Positions 30,637 through 44,751 of a stretch of DNA of 64,000 nt are shown piece after piece. Position 1 is the stretch's first letter. The number at the start of each line of letters is the position of its first letter. The translations under genes were made by a program, and so were the position numbers. A model generated the notes under the pieces. That model did no database searches, was not told where the DNA came from, and saw nothing but the letters and a program-made list of their open reading frames with translations. The stretch covers positions 3,286,001 to 3,350,000 of the forward strand of contig OZ218955.1 of NCBI GenBank assembly GCA_965112735.1. Direction: 5' to 3'. The stretch comes from Phaeosaccion multiseriatum. Lineage: Eukaryota > Protista > Ochrophyta, other classes.

Positions 30637-32604
30637 GAAGAGTGCAAGTGAGTAGTACAGCACCACGGAGCGGCAGGGCACAGGTGGCGGGCAGTGTAGG
30701 AGGCGAGGGCTAGGGAGAGTGAGGTAGAGATATACCAAGAGGGAGAGAGGGAGAGAGAAAAGAAAGAGAGAGGGAGGGGGGTGGAGAGGCAACGAGAGAG
30801 ACAGAGCTGGTACACGAGAGGCCCACATGCACATCGACGCGAACGAAGGAAGGAATGGGGAGACCGCAGCGCACTACACGGTTAAAGCCGCGATTCGCCC
30901 ACCCCCCACAACAAAAGGCCCATTCAAACACACAAGTCATGGGTACTGGATGTGGGACCCAAGCGGGAGGTTCAGCCCGTCGCGGTGGCGCCCCCTCTTC
31001 CTCTTGTCCCACTGAAGCCTTGCTTGAAGCTTACCCATCTATCTTCTGCACAAATTGCCCGCCCCAGCCCTGTATGCCATACGCTCCAGACTTGTCAAAG
31101 GGTTCTCGGGTGGCAATGTAGGCTCGAATTTCTGTCTCCGAAAGCGGGGCAAAGAGCACCGAGGTGGTTTCGTAAAATCTTAGAGCCGGCTCGGTGCAGC
31201 CCCCCTGGGAAGTGAAAATGGCTACCCCGCTGTGGACGAGGTGCTGTCTGCCGCTCAGTGATGACAGCATACGGAAGGCCTCCTCGTCGTCCTGGGGCTG
31301 AAGTGAAGGGGGATATGGAGACGAGGGCGTGTGTGTATATATGAGAGGGAGAGAGAGTGCGTGTGCTATACAATACCATGGATGGAGAGAGAGTAAGCTG
31401 TGTCTGGTCCATCGGAGATGCATTTGCGATGGCTCCCCCCACCCCTCATGACAGACCGACGGTAGGCTGGCTTACACTATTACTACTGCTACAAGAACTA
31501 CTACTACTGCTACGACAACAACTACTACTACCACCACTACCACCACCATTACTACTACAACTACCACCACCACCACCACCACCAGCAGCACCACCACCAC
31601 CACCACCACTACTACTACTACCACCATCACAACCACCACCACCATGTACCTTTTCTAGGATCTTCCCATCGAGATCCACGATAGTGTCTGAGCCTACCAC
31701 GACTGTGGGGCTGCTGTAGCCCCCCGCCAGGAGCAGCTTCTCCGCCACTTCCCGGGCCTTGTATTCAGCGTTGGTGGCGGCGTAGTCCCCCGGGTGGGCG
31801 AAGGAGGACTTATCGAGATCCTCCTCAAAACCCGACACCTCGACCTGTTTAATGTGGAGGGGCAGTGTAGTATTTGCTGAGGGGCAGCGAAGTATTTGCT
31901 GCTGATTTACTTGGGGCTGTACTCAACAAGGTACTGGCAGGCCGCGAGCGCAATCCCTCCCCCCCCCCCTCCCCCTCCTTCCCTCACATCCCCTTCCACT
32001 ACTTGCAAAGGCCAACCCCACCCCCTAACGCAAAGGCCGGACACGACTCACGATCGGACTGAGCCCCATGAGGTCGAAGATTTCTTTCCGCCTCGGGCTC
32101 TGACTTGCGAGCACGACCTTGTAAGGAGTAGGAGTAGGAGTAGGAGTCGGAGTCGGAGTCGGAGTAGGAGGAGGAGGAGGAGGAGTAGGAGTAGGAGTAG
32201 GAGGAGGAGGAGGAGGAGGAGAGGAGAGGGGGGTCACATCACTATGGTTTAGATATGTTATTTGGAATATTCCTTATGCTCACCTTGCAAGACGCCATGA
32301 AGTCGGTGTGGTGGAGTAAGGTGCTGCCTTCTGTCCCTATCGTACTCAATCCTCCAGCCCCACCGGCGGCGGCTGAAGACGACGCCGACATTGCCACTTC
32401 ACCCGCCCCGCACCCTCTCCTCCTCCTATCCCAGCCTTCGCCGCCCCTCTTCTTTCCTGAAGTGCCCCAGGGAGCACGAGTTGCACTTTGGTGGTGAATG
32501 AAAGCGCTGCACGGGCGGAACAGCGACGGCCCACCACACGAGCAGCACGCAGCAGCAGCAGCAGCAGCAGCGATGAGTGTCACAGACCGGGAGCTACGTT
32601 TCAT
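30486..32604 (-). CDS. maf: Maf family nucleoside-triphosphate pyrophosphatase (YhdE/ASMTL-Maf type), predicted plastid-targeted
   Basis: Motifs VVLASQSPRRKE, SGFEEDLDK, KAREVA, VVGSDTIVDLDGKILEK|P, MLSSLSGRQHLVHSGV, EPFDKSGAYGIQG and CYFNVMGFP. Leader ...RPCSA-FIHH. Confidence 0.95.
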
Positions 32605-32970
32605 AGCGCTGCCTGCCCAAGTAAAAAAGGATCAAAAAAGCAAGGAAGGAAGAGAGTAAGTCAATGAACAACATATGTCACGAGCTGTTACGGGTGCGCC
32701 AAAAAAAAAGAGCATTGCACCCCACATCACAATAAACCACTCAGAAGGGGCGCCAGAAAGTGGGGGAGCGATCAAGGCACAGGGTACAGCGCTGCGGATC
32801 GGAAGGAGGGGCCAGAAGTGAGGATTTGGGACTGAGGATGCCGGCTGCTGCTGCTGTCCTCCCCCCACCAGTAGCAAGGAGGAGCACACGCGCAAGTGCT
32901 TGAAAGAAGCCATCCTGCACTTGGAGCTACCAACAGCACTACTACGGGCGATCTCACTACTTCGAGAAGG

Positions 32971-35766
32971 ATGGACAAGACTGCAGGCCCTCGGCGGTCT
33001 TCAGGGCCGGGGGGGGGTGGAGGGACCATTCGCTTCAAGACGACATTCAATAACACCATTGTCGACGCAATGAGGGCACGAGGGTGGAAGGAGAGCTGTG
33101 GGGCTGATGATTGGAACTTCTGCTGGGTGGAGCGAGACGTGGCGTACGACACATTCGACAGCACCCATTTGCTGGCCTGGCAGCGAGTCAATCACTTCCG
33201 CAACGACAAGGAGCTGTGCAGGAAGGACCTCCTAGTGAAGAACCTCAAGAAGAGGAAGCGCGCCCTGCAGAAGGAGGGCCACCTTGACGAGGCAAGCAAG
33301 TACTCGTTCTGGCCAGTGACTTATGTGTTGCCCGGCGAGTACGCCCTCTTTGCCGAGGAGTTCAAGAGGAGATCTTCTTCATCCCTCTCGGGGAAAGGGG
33401 CAGCAGCAGCCGCCGCCGCAGCAGCCGCCCCGTCAGGAGCTGACGCAGGAGGTACCAATCGGCTGAGTGGTAGTGGGTCGGGCAGCGGCAAGTCACAAGG
33501 CAGAGGAGGAAACAATACCACTTGGATCATGAAACCCGTGGGCCGCTCGCAGGGGCAGGGCATTTTCATCTTCACCAAGCTTAGTCAGGTCAACAAGTGG
33601 AAGAAGAGCCACACGGGGCTACGGCAGCAGTGGGGGGAGCAGCGCAGCAGCCGAGAGGAGAGCAACGTGGAGGTGTACGTTGTTCAGGAGTATGTGACTT
33701 CGCCCTACCTCATCGCGGGGCGGAAGTTCGACATGCGGCTCTACGTCCTCGTCACTTCCTTCATGCCCATGACGGTGTGGCAGTATAGGGCGGGCTTCTG
33801 CCGCTTCTCGCATGCGCGGTACTCGAATGACAGTGGGGATTTGGTGGATAAAGACAAGCATCTAACTAATGTGGCCGTCCAGAAGCGATCTGTAAGTGGG
33901 TGGGTGGGTTGGTGGGTGGATGATGGGAGGGAGAACGAGTTGGGGTGGGTGAGTGGGTGAATGAGTGGGTGAACGAGTGGGTGTGGGTGGGTGGGGGAGG
34001 AGGCACGCACGTGTGTACATGGGGGGTGAAAGGCAAAGGGAGGGAAAGTTCTTCCTATCGTTCCATCGAGGAGCACTCAAACAACCCTCCACCACACTAC
34101 AACCAGTTCCAGTGTCTTAATCATCTCGTCTCTTTCGCACGTACTCCCCTCCTCACTCGGGTCGGATCAATCTTCGCTCGGCACCCACAGGACGGTTACG
34201 ACAAGGCCTTCGGCGGCAAGTGGGACCTCCGCCAGCTGAAACTGCACATGATGAGTCGACACGGAGTGGCGAAGGTGGACCAGGCCTTCTCGGAGATCAC
34301 TGACTTAGTGCTACGCAGCCTGGAGAGCGTGAGGGGAGTCATGATCAGCGACAAGCACTGCTTTGAGCTCTACGGTTACGACGTGCTCTTCGATGACAAA
34401 GTGAGTGAAGGAGTGAGGCAGCAGGACCACCCAGAGCCAGTTCAGTAGACTCTCCAGAACCTTCCAGAACCATCCACTACCCTCCAGTATCAGACAAAAA
34501 GACATGTACGAGACCCGCCGCCATTGCAGAAGGAGCGAAACCATGCGTGTCAAAGGCAGGGAGAGGAGACACATGTCCTTCGACAGAGAAGTGGAGTTGC
34601 CGTTCGACTCCTCCACAAGCGCGTCCTTATCGCTGTCATCCTCCCTCCCTCCCTCCCTCCCTCCCTCCCTCCCTCCCTCCCTCTCCCTCCCTCTCCCTCC
34701 CTCCACTCCACTCCTCCCTCCCTCTCCCTCACTCCCTCACTCCCTCACTCCCTCTCTCCCTTCCTCCCTCCCTCCCTCCCTCCCTCCCTTCCTCCCTCCC
34801 TGCCTGCCTCCCATCCCTCAGCTCAAGCCGTGGCTCCTCGAGGTCAACGCCTCCCCTTCCCTGAGCGCCACCAACCCCGAGGACCGCAAGCTGAAAATGG
34901 GTCTCCTGACGCACCTTCTCGACGTTGTAGACATGGAGGGAGAGCGCACGGGAGATGAGACCACCGTGGGTGGGTTCGACCTCGTGTACGCCAACCATGA
35001 GAGAGTGCGACCGACCTTCCAATGCGGGGGAGGCGTTAATGCCAATGCTAATGGGACTAGTACCACCACCACCACCAGTAGTAGTGGCGGTGGTAGCAGC
35101 GGCGGCAGTGGCAGAAGTAGTAGTAGTAACAGCAGCAGCAGTAGAGGTAGTTGTGGTAGCAGCGATTCGCTGTACACGTCCACACTGGGCATGGACATTC
35201 CCCCTCTCGCTCAGCAGTCATCGGCCTCCTCGTCTCACACTTCGATAGCAAAGGCTGGGGGTGGTGGTGGAGGAGGAGGAGGAGGCAAGGGAGGAGGAGG
35301 AAGCGGTAGCAGCAGCAGTAGCAGGGGGAACAGCAACAGGGCGGGGAGCAGCGGCAGCAGCAGTGGTGGTGGTGGTGGTGGAGGAGGAGGAGGAGGAGGA
35401 GGAGGAGGAGGAGGTGGAGGAGGAGGAGGAGGAGGAGGAGGAGGAGGGGCAGGAGCAGGAGGAGGAGGAGGAGGAGGAGCAGCAGCAGCAGGAGGAGGAG
35501 GAGGAGCAGGAGGAGGAGAAGGAGGAGGAGCAGGAGCAGGAGGAGGAGGAGGAGGAGCAGGAGGAGGAGGAGGAGGAGGAGGAGGAGGAGGAGGAGGAGG
35601 AGGAGGAGGAGGAGGAGGAGGAGTAGGAGGAGTAGGAGGAGCGGGAGGAGGAGCAGGAGGAGGAGTAGGAGGGGCAGGGCCGTACTCCCCCCTGCCTCAC
35701 TCCTCATCCTCTGTGAGTCTGGACCGGGAGAAGCGGGGCGTGGTACTGCCTGCGGCAGTCAAATGA
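32971..35766 (+). CDS. TTLL9: Tubulin polyglutamylase TTLL9, with Gly/Ser-rich tail
   Basis: Motifs [102 protein letters not shown] and VGGFDL. Exons 32971-33891, 34191-34400 and 34822-35766. Confidence 0.93.
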
Positions 35767-36067
35767 GCTTGTTGCTGACTTGACTTTGGGGGAAGCGGGC
35801 AGAGGGGTGGGTGGATGGCAGTGGTTGGTCCTTGCTTGGAGTAAGAGTAGACCGCCTATGCACGGTGGTGCTGCCGGCGCATCTCATCTTTGGACGGCGT
35901 GGGGGCGTGCGTGGCTGCGGCGGTGTGTGACGCGCGCGAGAGCTCCTCCCCTCGCTGGCTTTACACGCGCACGGCCATGTTCCCGCTCGGCTGGGAAAAA
36001 GAGGCTTGTCCATTCTTGTTAGCGACGGAGCTGTTAGGCCGGAGGAGATGTTAGCTTTTAGAAGGCG

Positions 36068-36657
36068 GGAGGAGGAGGAGGAGGAGGAGGGGGAGGAGGA
36101 GGAGGAGGAGGAGGAGGAGGAGGAGGAGGAGGAGGAGGAGGAGGAGGAGGAGGAGGAGGAGGAGGAGGAGGAGGAGGAGGAGGAGGAGGAGGAGGAGGAG
36201 GAGGAGGAGGAGGAGGAGGAGGAGGAGGAGGAGGAGGAGGAGGAGGAGGAGGAGGAGGAGGAGGAGGAGGAGGAGGAGGAGGAGGAGGAGGAGGAGGAGG
36301 AGGAGGAGGAGGAGGAGGAGGAGGAGGAGGAGGAGGAGGAGGAGGAGGAGGAGGAGGAGGAGGAGGAGGAGGAGGAGGAGGAGGAGGAGGAGGAGGAGGA
36401 GGAGGAGGAGGAGGAGGAGGAGGAGGAGGAGGAGGAGGAGGAGGAGGAGGAGGAGGAGGAGGAGGAGGAGGAGGAGGAGGAGGAGGAGGAGGAGGAGGAG
36501 GAGGAGGAGGAGGAGGAGGAGGAGGAGGAGGAGGAGGAGGAGGAGGAGGAGGAGGAGGAGGAGGAGGAGGAGGAGGAGGAGGAGGAGGAGGAGGAGGAGG
36601 AGGAGGAGGAGGAGGAGGAGGAGGAGGAGGAGGAGGAGGAGGAGGAGGAGGAGGAGG
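36068..36657. repeat. (GGA/GAG)n microsatellite, ~590 bp, almost uninterrupted
   Basis: Directly visible, with one interruption near 36091. Confidence 0.97.
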
Positions 36658-37614
36658 GGGTTGGACCACCTCTGCCTCTCTCTATCTCCTTACCACTGCT
36701 TCTTGCCGTGGAATGGAGGCGCACATGTCCATCATCGTTGAGCACGGCAATCCCCACAGAGGGAGAGGCATCGCCACAGGGAGAGTGGCGAGGTGGTGAT
36801 GAAAAGTGGCCGACATGGGGTGTGAGCCAATCAGTTTCGGTTTCAGTTTCAGTGTTCCCTTTCCCTGGTGACCCCCTCTTGCACGTGTTCGGCCTGATCT
36901 TGAGACTCAGGTGATAGACGTATCGCAAGGGTGGGAAGGGGATTCATTGACTTAATAGGAATCACCGAAGAAATTGAAAGTGGATGTGTGCGTGTGTGTG
37001 TGCGTGGGGGAAGGGAAGTTCAACTTTCAGTGTCAGCACCCAGCTGTGATTTTACTGTGTGGATACACAACCCGCGTTATACGTTGTCATCGCGGTCCGT
37101 ACAACAGTGTAATATAGAATATAGAAAAAAAGCTTGGCTGAGAGACTTTGTCTTTTACGTCAAGCAGCAGGAGGACGTCAACGAGGAGGAAGTCCCGCGG
37201 AGGAGCGAGGGGCCGCCGCAGTGGAGGCCGCAGCAGCAGTAGGAGCAGCAGCAGCTGAGGGAGCAGCAGAAGCACCACACAATCGCTTAAGGACCTGAGG
37301 AGATCGTCGCGTCCGTACAACAGCTGCCACTTGGCGAACGGCAGCTCTCATAGTCCTACTCCATCTTTGTGGCCACTAAGCTTTTTTGGTAGGTAGGAGG
37401 CAGCTGCTAGGGGAAGAGCTTGCGACAACACTTTCGGTCTGAGCGGGCGAGGGTGAGGCTAGTCTCCGCCGCTCTTCTTATCCGCAGTACATCATCTTCT
37501 TGTGGTATCGGGCAAGAGTATTCTAGGGTGTTTCCTCCTTCTGAAACTCTCCCGATGCGGTGAGAGTCCCTGCCTACGCTACTATATACTGCTGGGCCTT
37601 TCTGCCTCCACCAC

Positions 37615-38051
37615 ATGGCGAATGGGGAAAAGGAGCCACTTGTGGTAAACGCGGAGACCACTAAGCAGCCGCCGTCTCTGGTGGTGAATGGGGGCGGTGC
37701 TCACGGTGCAAGTGAGAGGGTGCAGCCCCATGACAACTTAGTGGTGGAGGACAGCCCCATCGAAGAGGAGGAGCAGCGAGCTGGTGCCGATGAAACGCAT
37801 GGGAGGGGTCCGATGAAACTCGGAGCAGGGCTAGGGGGTGCCTTCGTTATTCTGCTGTATGGGGCAATCAATTCGGTCATCGTGCTGCCCGTGCTCTATG
37901 GCTTTGCAGGTACACATCGTACTAGGGGGTTGGGGATGAGGACATTCGTAACTCCATATACAGCCCTGTCCCTCCTTCTTCTTCCTCTCTCCTCCCGCCG
38001 CTGCTGCTGCCAGTACTTACCCTGCCTGTGCTCGTGTTGCTCTCTTTGCTA

Positions 38052-38099
<48 letters not shown>

Positions 38100-39974
38100 T
38101 CCCTCCACCTCTTTGCCTCTCTCTATGTTCCCGCTGCAGCAATCATCTTCGCCGCCCCCGCGTACCACACCGCCATGCCTGCTCTAGCCAAGCTCATCGT
38201 CTTCTCCTCGGCGGTGCACCAGCTCAGCTTCACATGCATCTCGACCCTCCCCTTCTCCATCGGGCAGGTGCAGGACGCAGGTAGGTGTACTTGGAGGTTT
38301 CGCCTGCGTGATAACACGCAGCCTGGCAGCATCCTCTCCCCGCTTTCTCCTCCCACCTCGCACGTTCCCTGTTGACCTTACCGCTCTCTCCCTCTTCTCT
38401 GGCCGCCTTGTACAGGCCTTATTTTCCTGGGCAGGATTACCACTCGAATTGCCGAGCGCTTGGAAGGATCCGACGATGCTGTGGTGGTCTCGACGGCCCT
38501 CGTCACCACCTCCATGTTCACTGCCATACTCGGCTTACTACTCGTTGGGGTGGGCAAGGCAAACATGACTCGCATCGTCAGCTACCTACCCATGCCCATC
38601 ATAGGAGGGTATCTGGCGTACATTGGTGAGGAGACGAGAGCTTCTGCTTGCTCCTTCCTCCTTCCTTCTGGTTGGACTGTCCTCTTGGACTGAGTTTGTT
38701 GCTGCCCCTCGCCGCCTGCCCGTCTTGTACTCTCTTCCGCCTGCTCTGTAGGGTACATCCATACCCCGCTCTCTCCCCCATCTTTTGTCTCACTCATTCT
38801 CTCTCTCTCTGTGCATGTGTATGGACCAAACCTCCCTTTCAACGCATCTCATCTCAGGCTTCTTTTGCCTTGAGGCCGGCATCTCTCTACAGACAGGACA
38901 GGTGGTCAACGGGCCCTCCACCTGGCCCGCCCTGCTCAACACCAAGGACATTCTCTTGTGCTTTCCCGGACTGGTGACAGGGGCGGTCTTGACCTTTATT
39001 GCGCGCTCGGGGCTTCCCTTCGCGGTCTTGCCCACGGCCATCGCACTTCTTCCCGTTGTGTTCTTTGCCATCCTTGGCATGTCGGGTAAGAGCCTTCAGG
39101 ACGCCCGAGACGTAGGCCTGGTGGGGGCCGCGAGAGACCCGGCAAAGTTCACGGAAGTGTTCGACCACTACCAGTTCGACCTGGTGGAGTGGTGGGTCAT
39201 TCCGGAGCAGATACCCACCTTCTTTGCTATGGTGTTGGTGGTTGCCTTCTCTTCGACTTTAGACGTTACGGCGATCGAAATGGACATGCGGAGACCCGTG
39301 AACATTAACAAGGAGCTCATGACCGTCGGGTTCAGCAACTTCTTCTCGGGCCTGTTTGGAGGGTTTCCGGGCAGCTATATTTTCAGCCAGACCATCTTCA
39401 CGTACCGCACGCACTGCCACAGCCGCTGGGTGGGTCTGACCGTTCTCGGATTGGAGCTTATTGTCTTCTTTGTCAGCGTGGACCCCATGATGTATGTGCC
39501 GCTCTTCTTCTTCGCGGGGACGCTCATCTTCATCGCGTTTGCCCTCATGACGGAGTGGCTCTACGACGTGCGCTTCAAGCTTCCCACGGAAGAGTACCTC
39601 ATTCTACTGAGCACCTTTGTGGCCATTCAGATCTTCCAACTCAATAAGGGCTTGGCAGTTGGTCTGGGGCTGGCCCTGCTGAATTTCTTGATTCGGTACG
39701 TGCGAGATCGGGAGGGACGGACGTACATTCTGCGAGGAATGAGGGGCCACACACACCTACCTCCCTCCCAGCGCCGTTTGTTGCGAACCTACGAGCACAA
39801 GATTCTTGCGCTGGAGCTGGTGGGAGACCTCAACTTCCTCAGTGCCACCACCATCCTCGACTACGTATCGGAGTTGACGACATCCTCCGATGCCTATCTT
39901 GAAGGGAGAGCACCAAGCTTCTCGCCTGCGGCTGTGGCCGCTGCTGCTACCGGGCGTCGTCGAAATGGTGGTGG

Positions 39975-40010
<36 letters not shown>

Positions 40011-41370
40011 GGGGGGAGGAGGAGAGGATGAGGGCCAGGCTTTCACGTGGAGTCCACTGATGGGCCGCAGGGATTCCTCCCAAAGGGAGGAGGGTCGGTG
40101 GTCAGGAGGAGCAGGAGGAATGGATCATGGGAAGAGCTTACCCAAACAGTACGGGGCAAGCAGTTCAGCAGGAGGGAGTAGCGGCAGCAGCATACTGCTT
40201 GACGTAGAAGAATATCGGCAGGTTCGAGCTTCGAGCATGAGCCCGAGTCGAGAAGGATACGACAGCAGCAATAGGGCCAAGACCAAGGCCAGCGCCAAGA
40301 GCGAGACGAACAGGAGGAACGGTGGGGCGATGGAGAAGGTTGCCGCAGAGGAGCTAGCGGAGGGACAGGCAGAGAGCGTGCTGGAGCTTGATGAATGCCC
40401 GGAGAACATCAAAGACAGCCATGCGCCCTCCTTTATTGTGTTCGACTGCAGAAGGTTGGGCAAGATCGACGCCTCTGCGGCGCGGAGCTGCTTCCTCCCC
40501 CTCAAGACCATGTGCGACTTGCGCTCCATCGCCGTGGCCTACGCAGGGCTGACGGAAGAGGCAAAGAAATTGCTTCGAGCCTACGACTCGTTGGATGGGG
40601 AGCGCATCCGCCTCTTTGATAGCACGCACGAGGCAATGGCCTGGTGTGAGAAGAGCCTGCTCTTGGCACTCATGCAGTCTCCTCGCCGTGACGAGGAAGG
40701 CTTTTGGCTCGTGTCACACTTTGGTCGAGAACCTTCGGAACAAGAGGCCCCCATTACCAAGGAGCAGCTGCTTATGGAAATGCTCGGGGTGGAGGAGTAC
40801 GGAGCCGGTGGGATGGGCCCGGGAAAGGACGGGGGGGTGGACGAGGAGAGCCTTGTGAGGCTGGGCGGTTACGTGGAGGAGGTGTTCTATCAGGAGGGGG
40901 AGGTGATCGTCGAGCACGGGGAGGAGGACTCAGACGCATTCTATGCTGTCTTGGACGGGAGTGTGGATCTGTTTAGGCTGCCTCCTGAGGGTGGGGACTC
41001 ACCCCCGAGGAGCCTGGACTCCGCGGCAAAGAGGATCAGCAGCAGTGAACGCAGCGGCAGCAAGACCCGCCAGGGAGGAGGAGGAGGAGGAGGAGGAGGG
41101 GGGGGGGGCAGTGGTGGTGGGAGTGTGAGTGTGAGTAAGAAGTCCAGCAAGGAGAAAGTTGGGCCCAAGAGCGTGTTTGGTTACGCGGATTTCGTGCTGC
41201 ACCAAAGCCGCCACTTGACAGCGGTGGCCGCGTCGTCTCCCGTACGGCTATGCTGCTTCCGTCGAGACGAGTTGGCGACGATGCTGAAGGAGGAGCCCAG
41301 GCTGCTGGCCCTACTGCAGACGAATGTCCTGAAGCATGCCAGCTTTGAGCTACATGCGGCCTCTGTATAG
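37615..41370 (+). CDS. SulP/SLC26 anion transporter with STAS and cyclic-nucleotide-binding domains, copy A
   Basis: Motifs FSIGQVQDAG, IVSYLPMPIIGGYLAYIG, AFSSTLDVTAIE, INKELMTVGFSNFFSG..GSYIFSQT, LELVGDLNF, STAS-like FIVFDCRRLGKIDASA, and cNMP-like YQEGEVIVEHGEE..FYAVLDGSV..FGYADF. Four exons. Confidence 0.93.
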
Positions 41371-42112
41371 GCGACTTGTCGCAAGCACACGCATGCACGC
41401 ACGCACGCACGCACGCACGCACGGCCTTTGCATGGATGGACCTTGCCCGTCCCCGAAGGAGAATACGCCGAACACCCACACGTGTTTGTTTGTACATAAA
41501 TGAAGGATCAAGGTGATAAGAATAGACGACATAGATTCACACACATTTCTGGGGAGGCACGCAAAAGCAGCAAGCGCGTGCCTGTGTTCCATCCTGTGAT
41601 CCTGCTGGATCCGGCTGCCTGAGGCGTAAGCGGGAATGCGGCAACTCGACTTGTCTCCGTAAGTCCCTCCTCCCTCCGCAGCGTGAGAAACACAGTGCCG
41701 CTACTGCTGTCTCTCCCTTCCTCTCTGGACCTAAAAAATTGAAGCTGACACCATCTCTCTCTCATATTAGGACGGTCATCTTTTCATTTCTCTCGTATAG
41801 CCGAATAATAGTCGTACATTTCTTCCCCAGTGGCACCTGTTCTGACAGTTCTCTGCCGATGCCACTACTCTCCTCCCCCTTCCTTCCCTTCTGCCTCGAT
41901 GAGGCCGAGCCAAACTCAGCCGGTCTGCACGCTTTCGGTTGTGTCTGTTGCCATCCTGACCCTACTCTGCTCCCTCCTCACCCCCCCTCACGACTATCAG
42001 TACTCCTGGCCCTACCCAAAAAGGGTGAGTATGAGTGTGTGCGTGTGTGTGTGAGTGCGTGAGTGAGTGCATGCATACCCGTATACGCGCAATAACCACG
42101 CTCAACGCGGCC

Positions 42113-44706
42113 CTACACAGAACCTGCGTGCAGCTCCCAGCTGGCATGCTTAAGGACGCTCGTCTGGAGCAGGGCCAGCAGCCTGGGCTCCTCCTCCAGC
42201 ATCGTCGCCAACGCGTCTCGGTGGAAGCAACACAGTCGCACGGGAGAGGAGGCGGACACTGCAGTCTGGTGGCGGCTTTGATGCAGCACAAAATCTGCGT
42301 AGCCGAAGATGGTCTTGGCTCCTACCTTCTCTTTGCTAGTCTTTGCTCCGTGTTGGCTTCCCACCTGAATCGGACCACTGCCACCCCCACTACCGCTAAT
42401 ACTACCGCTGCTGCCGTTACCTGCTCCGCTGCTGCTCAAGCTGCCGCCGCTGCTGCTGCTCCTATTAGCTGCGGAGCCCCGGCTCCTCGGGGGCGACTCC
42501 CTGCCTTGAATAGGCAGTCCAAACAGATGCACGCTGCCTTCCAAAATTGCGTAGAACGTATCCGAGTCCTCCTCCCCGTGCTCAAAGATAACCTCCCCCT
42601 CCTGATAGAACCTCTCCTCCACGTAGTCGTCAAGCCTCACCAGGCTCTCCTCGTCCACTCCCATGTTACCCGATGCCCCTCCGTCCTCCTCCATCTCCAG
42701 CATCTCCATGAGGAGGTGGGCAATGCTAATGGGGGCCTTGAAGGAAGGCATGCGTCCAAAGTGTGACACGAGCCAAAAGCCGTCCTGATTGGCCCGTCCA
42801 GGAGACTTCATCAGGGCTCGGATGAGACTCGTCTCGCACCAGGCCATTGCCTCGTGCGTGCTATCAAAGAGGCGGATGCGCTCCCCATCCAACGAGTCGT
42901 AGGCTCGAAGCAACTTCTTTGCCTCCTCCGTCAGCCCTGCGTAGGCCACGGCGATGGAGCGCAAGTCGCACATGGTCTTGAGGGGGAGGAAGCAGCTCCG
43001 CGCCGCAGAGGCGTCGATCTTGCCCAACCTTCTGCAGTCGAACACAATAAAGGAGGGCGCATGGCTGTCTTCAATACTCTCAGGGTACTCATTCGGATCG
43101 AGCACCCTCGCCTGTGTTCCCTCTCCCTCTGCAAGCTGTGCAGCCGCCAACTCGGCTGCATTGTTTTGGGTACTATTTCTGCGCAGCTTGGTCCTATTGC
43201 TGTCGTCTCCTCCCCTGGACACGGTTAGGGTCAGGCTGGACGATCGGCTCGTCCTGTGTCCCGGGTCAGGTGAAAGAGGTGGAGCACCACCACCAGCACT
43301 GCCTTCGCCCCCTGCCGCCGCCGCAGCAGTAGCGCCGTACTGCTTTGGTGGCCCCTTGCCAAAATCTCCTCCGCTCGCCGATCGACGCCTCGTCACCCGC
43401 TTCGGCTCTCTCTGGGGCGCTGCTGGGCTCCACGCGGAAGGGTCCTCACCCTCTCCTCCCCCCTCACCACCAGCATCAGCACCACCACCACCAAGACCAC
43501 CAATCATACCACTACCACCACGACGACGCCCGGCAGCAGCAGCCGCAACAGATGCGGGTGAGAAGCTTGGTGCCCCCCCTTCACTATTGGAGGATGTCGT
43601 CAACTCCGATACGTAGTCGAGGATGGTGGTGGCACTGAGGAAGTTGAGGTCTCCCACCAGCTCCAGCGCAAGAATCTTGTGCTGGTATGCTTGCAGCAAA
43701 CGGCGCTGAGACGGAGGAAGATTCATGTGGCTCCTCATCCCTCGCAGAATATTCGTCCGCCCCTCCCGGTCTCGCACGTACCGAATCAAAAAATTGAGGA
43801 GGGCAAGGCACAAACCAACTGCCAAGCCCTGATTGAGTTGGAAGATCTGAATGGCCACAAAGGTGCTCAGCAGAATGAGGTACTCTATCGGGGGAAGCTT
43901 GCACCGCACATCCACAAGCCACTCCGTCATGAGATCAAACGCGATGAAGATCAGAGTCGCCGCGAAGAAGAAGAGCGGCACATACATCATGGGGTCCACG
44001 CTGACAAAGAAGACAATAAGCTCCAATAAGAGAACGATCATACCCACCCCGCGGCTGTGGCAGTGCGTGCGGTACGTGAAGATGGTCTGGCTGAAAATGT
44101 AGCTGCCTGGAAACCCTCCAAACAGACCCGCGAAGAAGTTGCTGAACCCCACGGTCATGAGCTCCTTGTTAATGTTCACGGGTCTCCGCATGTCCATTTC
44201 GATGGCCGCGACATCCAAAGTCGAAGAAAAGGCCACCACCACAACCATAGCAATGAAGGTGGGTATCTGCTCCGGAATGACCCACCACTCCACCAGGTCG
44301 AACTGGTAGTGGTCGAACACTTCCGTGAACTTTGCCGGGTCTCTCGCGGCTCCCACCAACCCAATGTCTCGTGCATCTTGGAGGTTTTTACCCGACAAGC
44401 CGAGAAGGGCAAAGAAGACAAAAGGCAGCGCTGCTATGGTCAAGGGCAGCACCGAGAAGTGAAGATTCGAGCAGCGCGAGATGAAGGTGAGGAGCCCCCC
44501 TGTCACCACACCGGGGATACACAAGAGAATGTCCTTGGTGTTGAGCAGGGCAGGCCAGGTGGAGGGCCCGTTGACTATTTTGCCTGTCTGCAGTGCGAGG
44601 CCGGCCTCAAGGCAGAAGAAGCCTGCGAGGAGATGCGTTGAATGGGAGGTTTGTTCCACACACACATAGAGAGAGAGAGGGAGGGGTATTACACACACAC
44701 AGAGAG

Positions 44707-44751
<45 letters not shown>

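Noticed and set aside
35759-36928. Poly-Ser, poly-Glu and poly-Pro ORFs
   Set aside because: Stop-free readings of the (GAG)n microsatellite with no other coding evidence.
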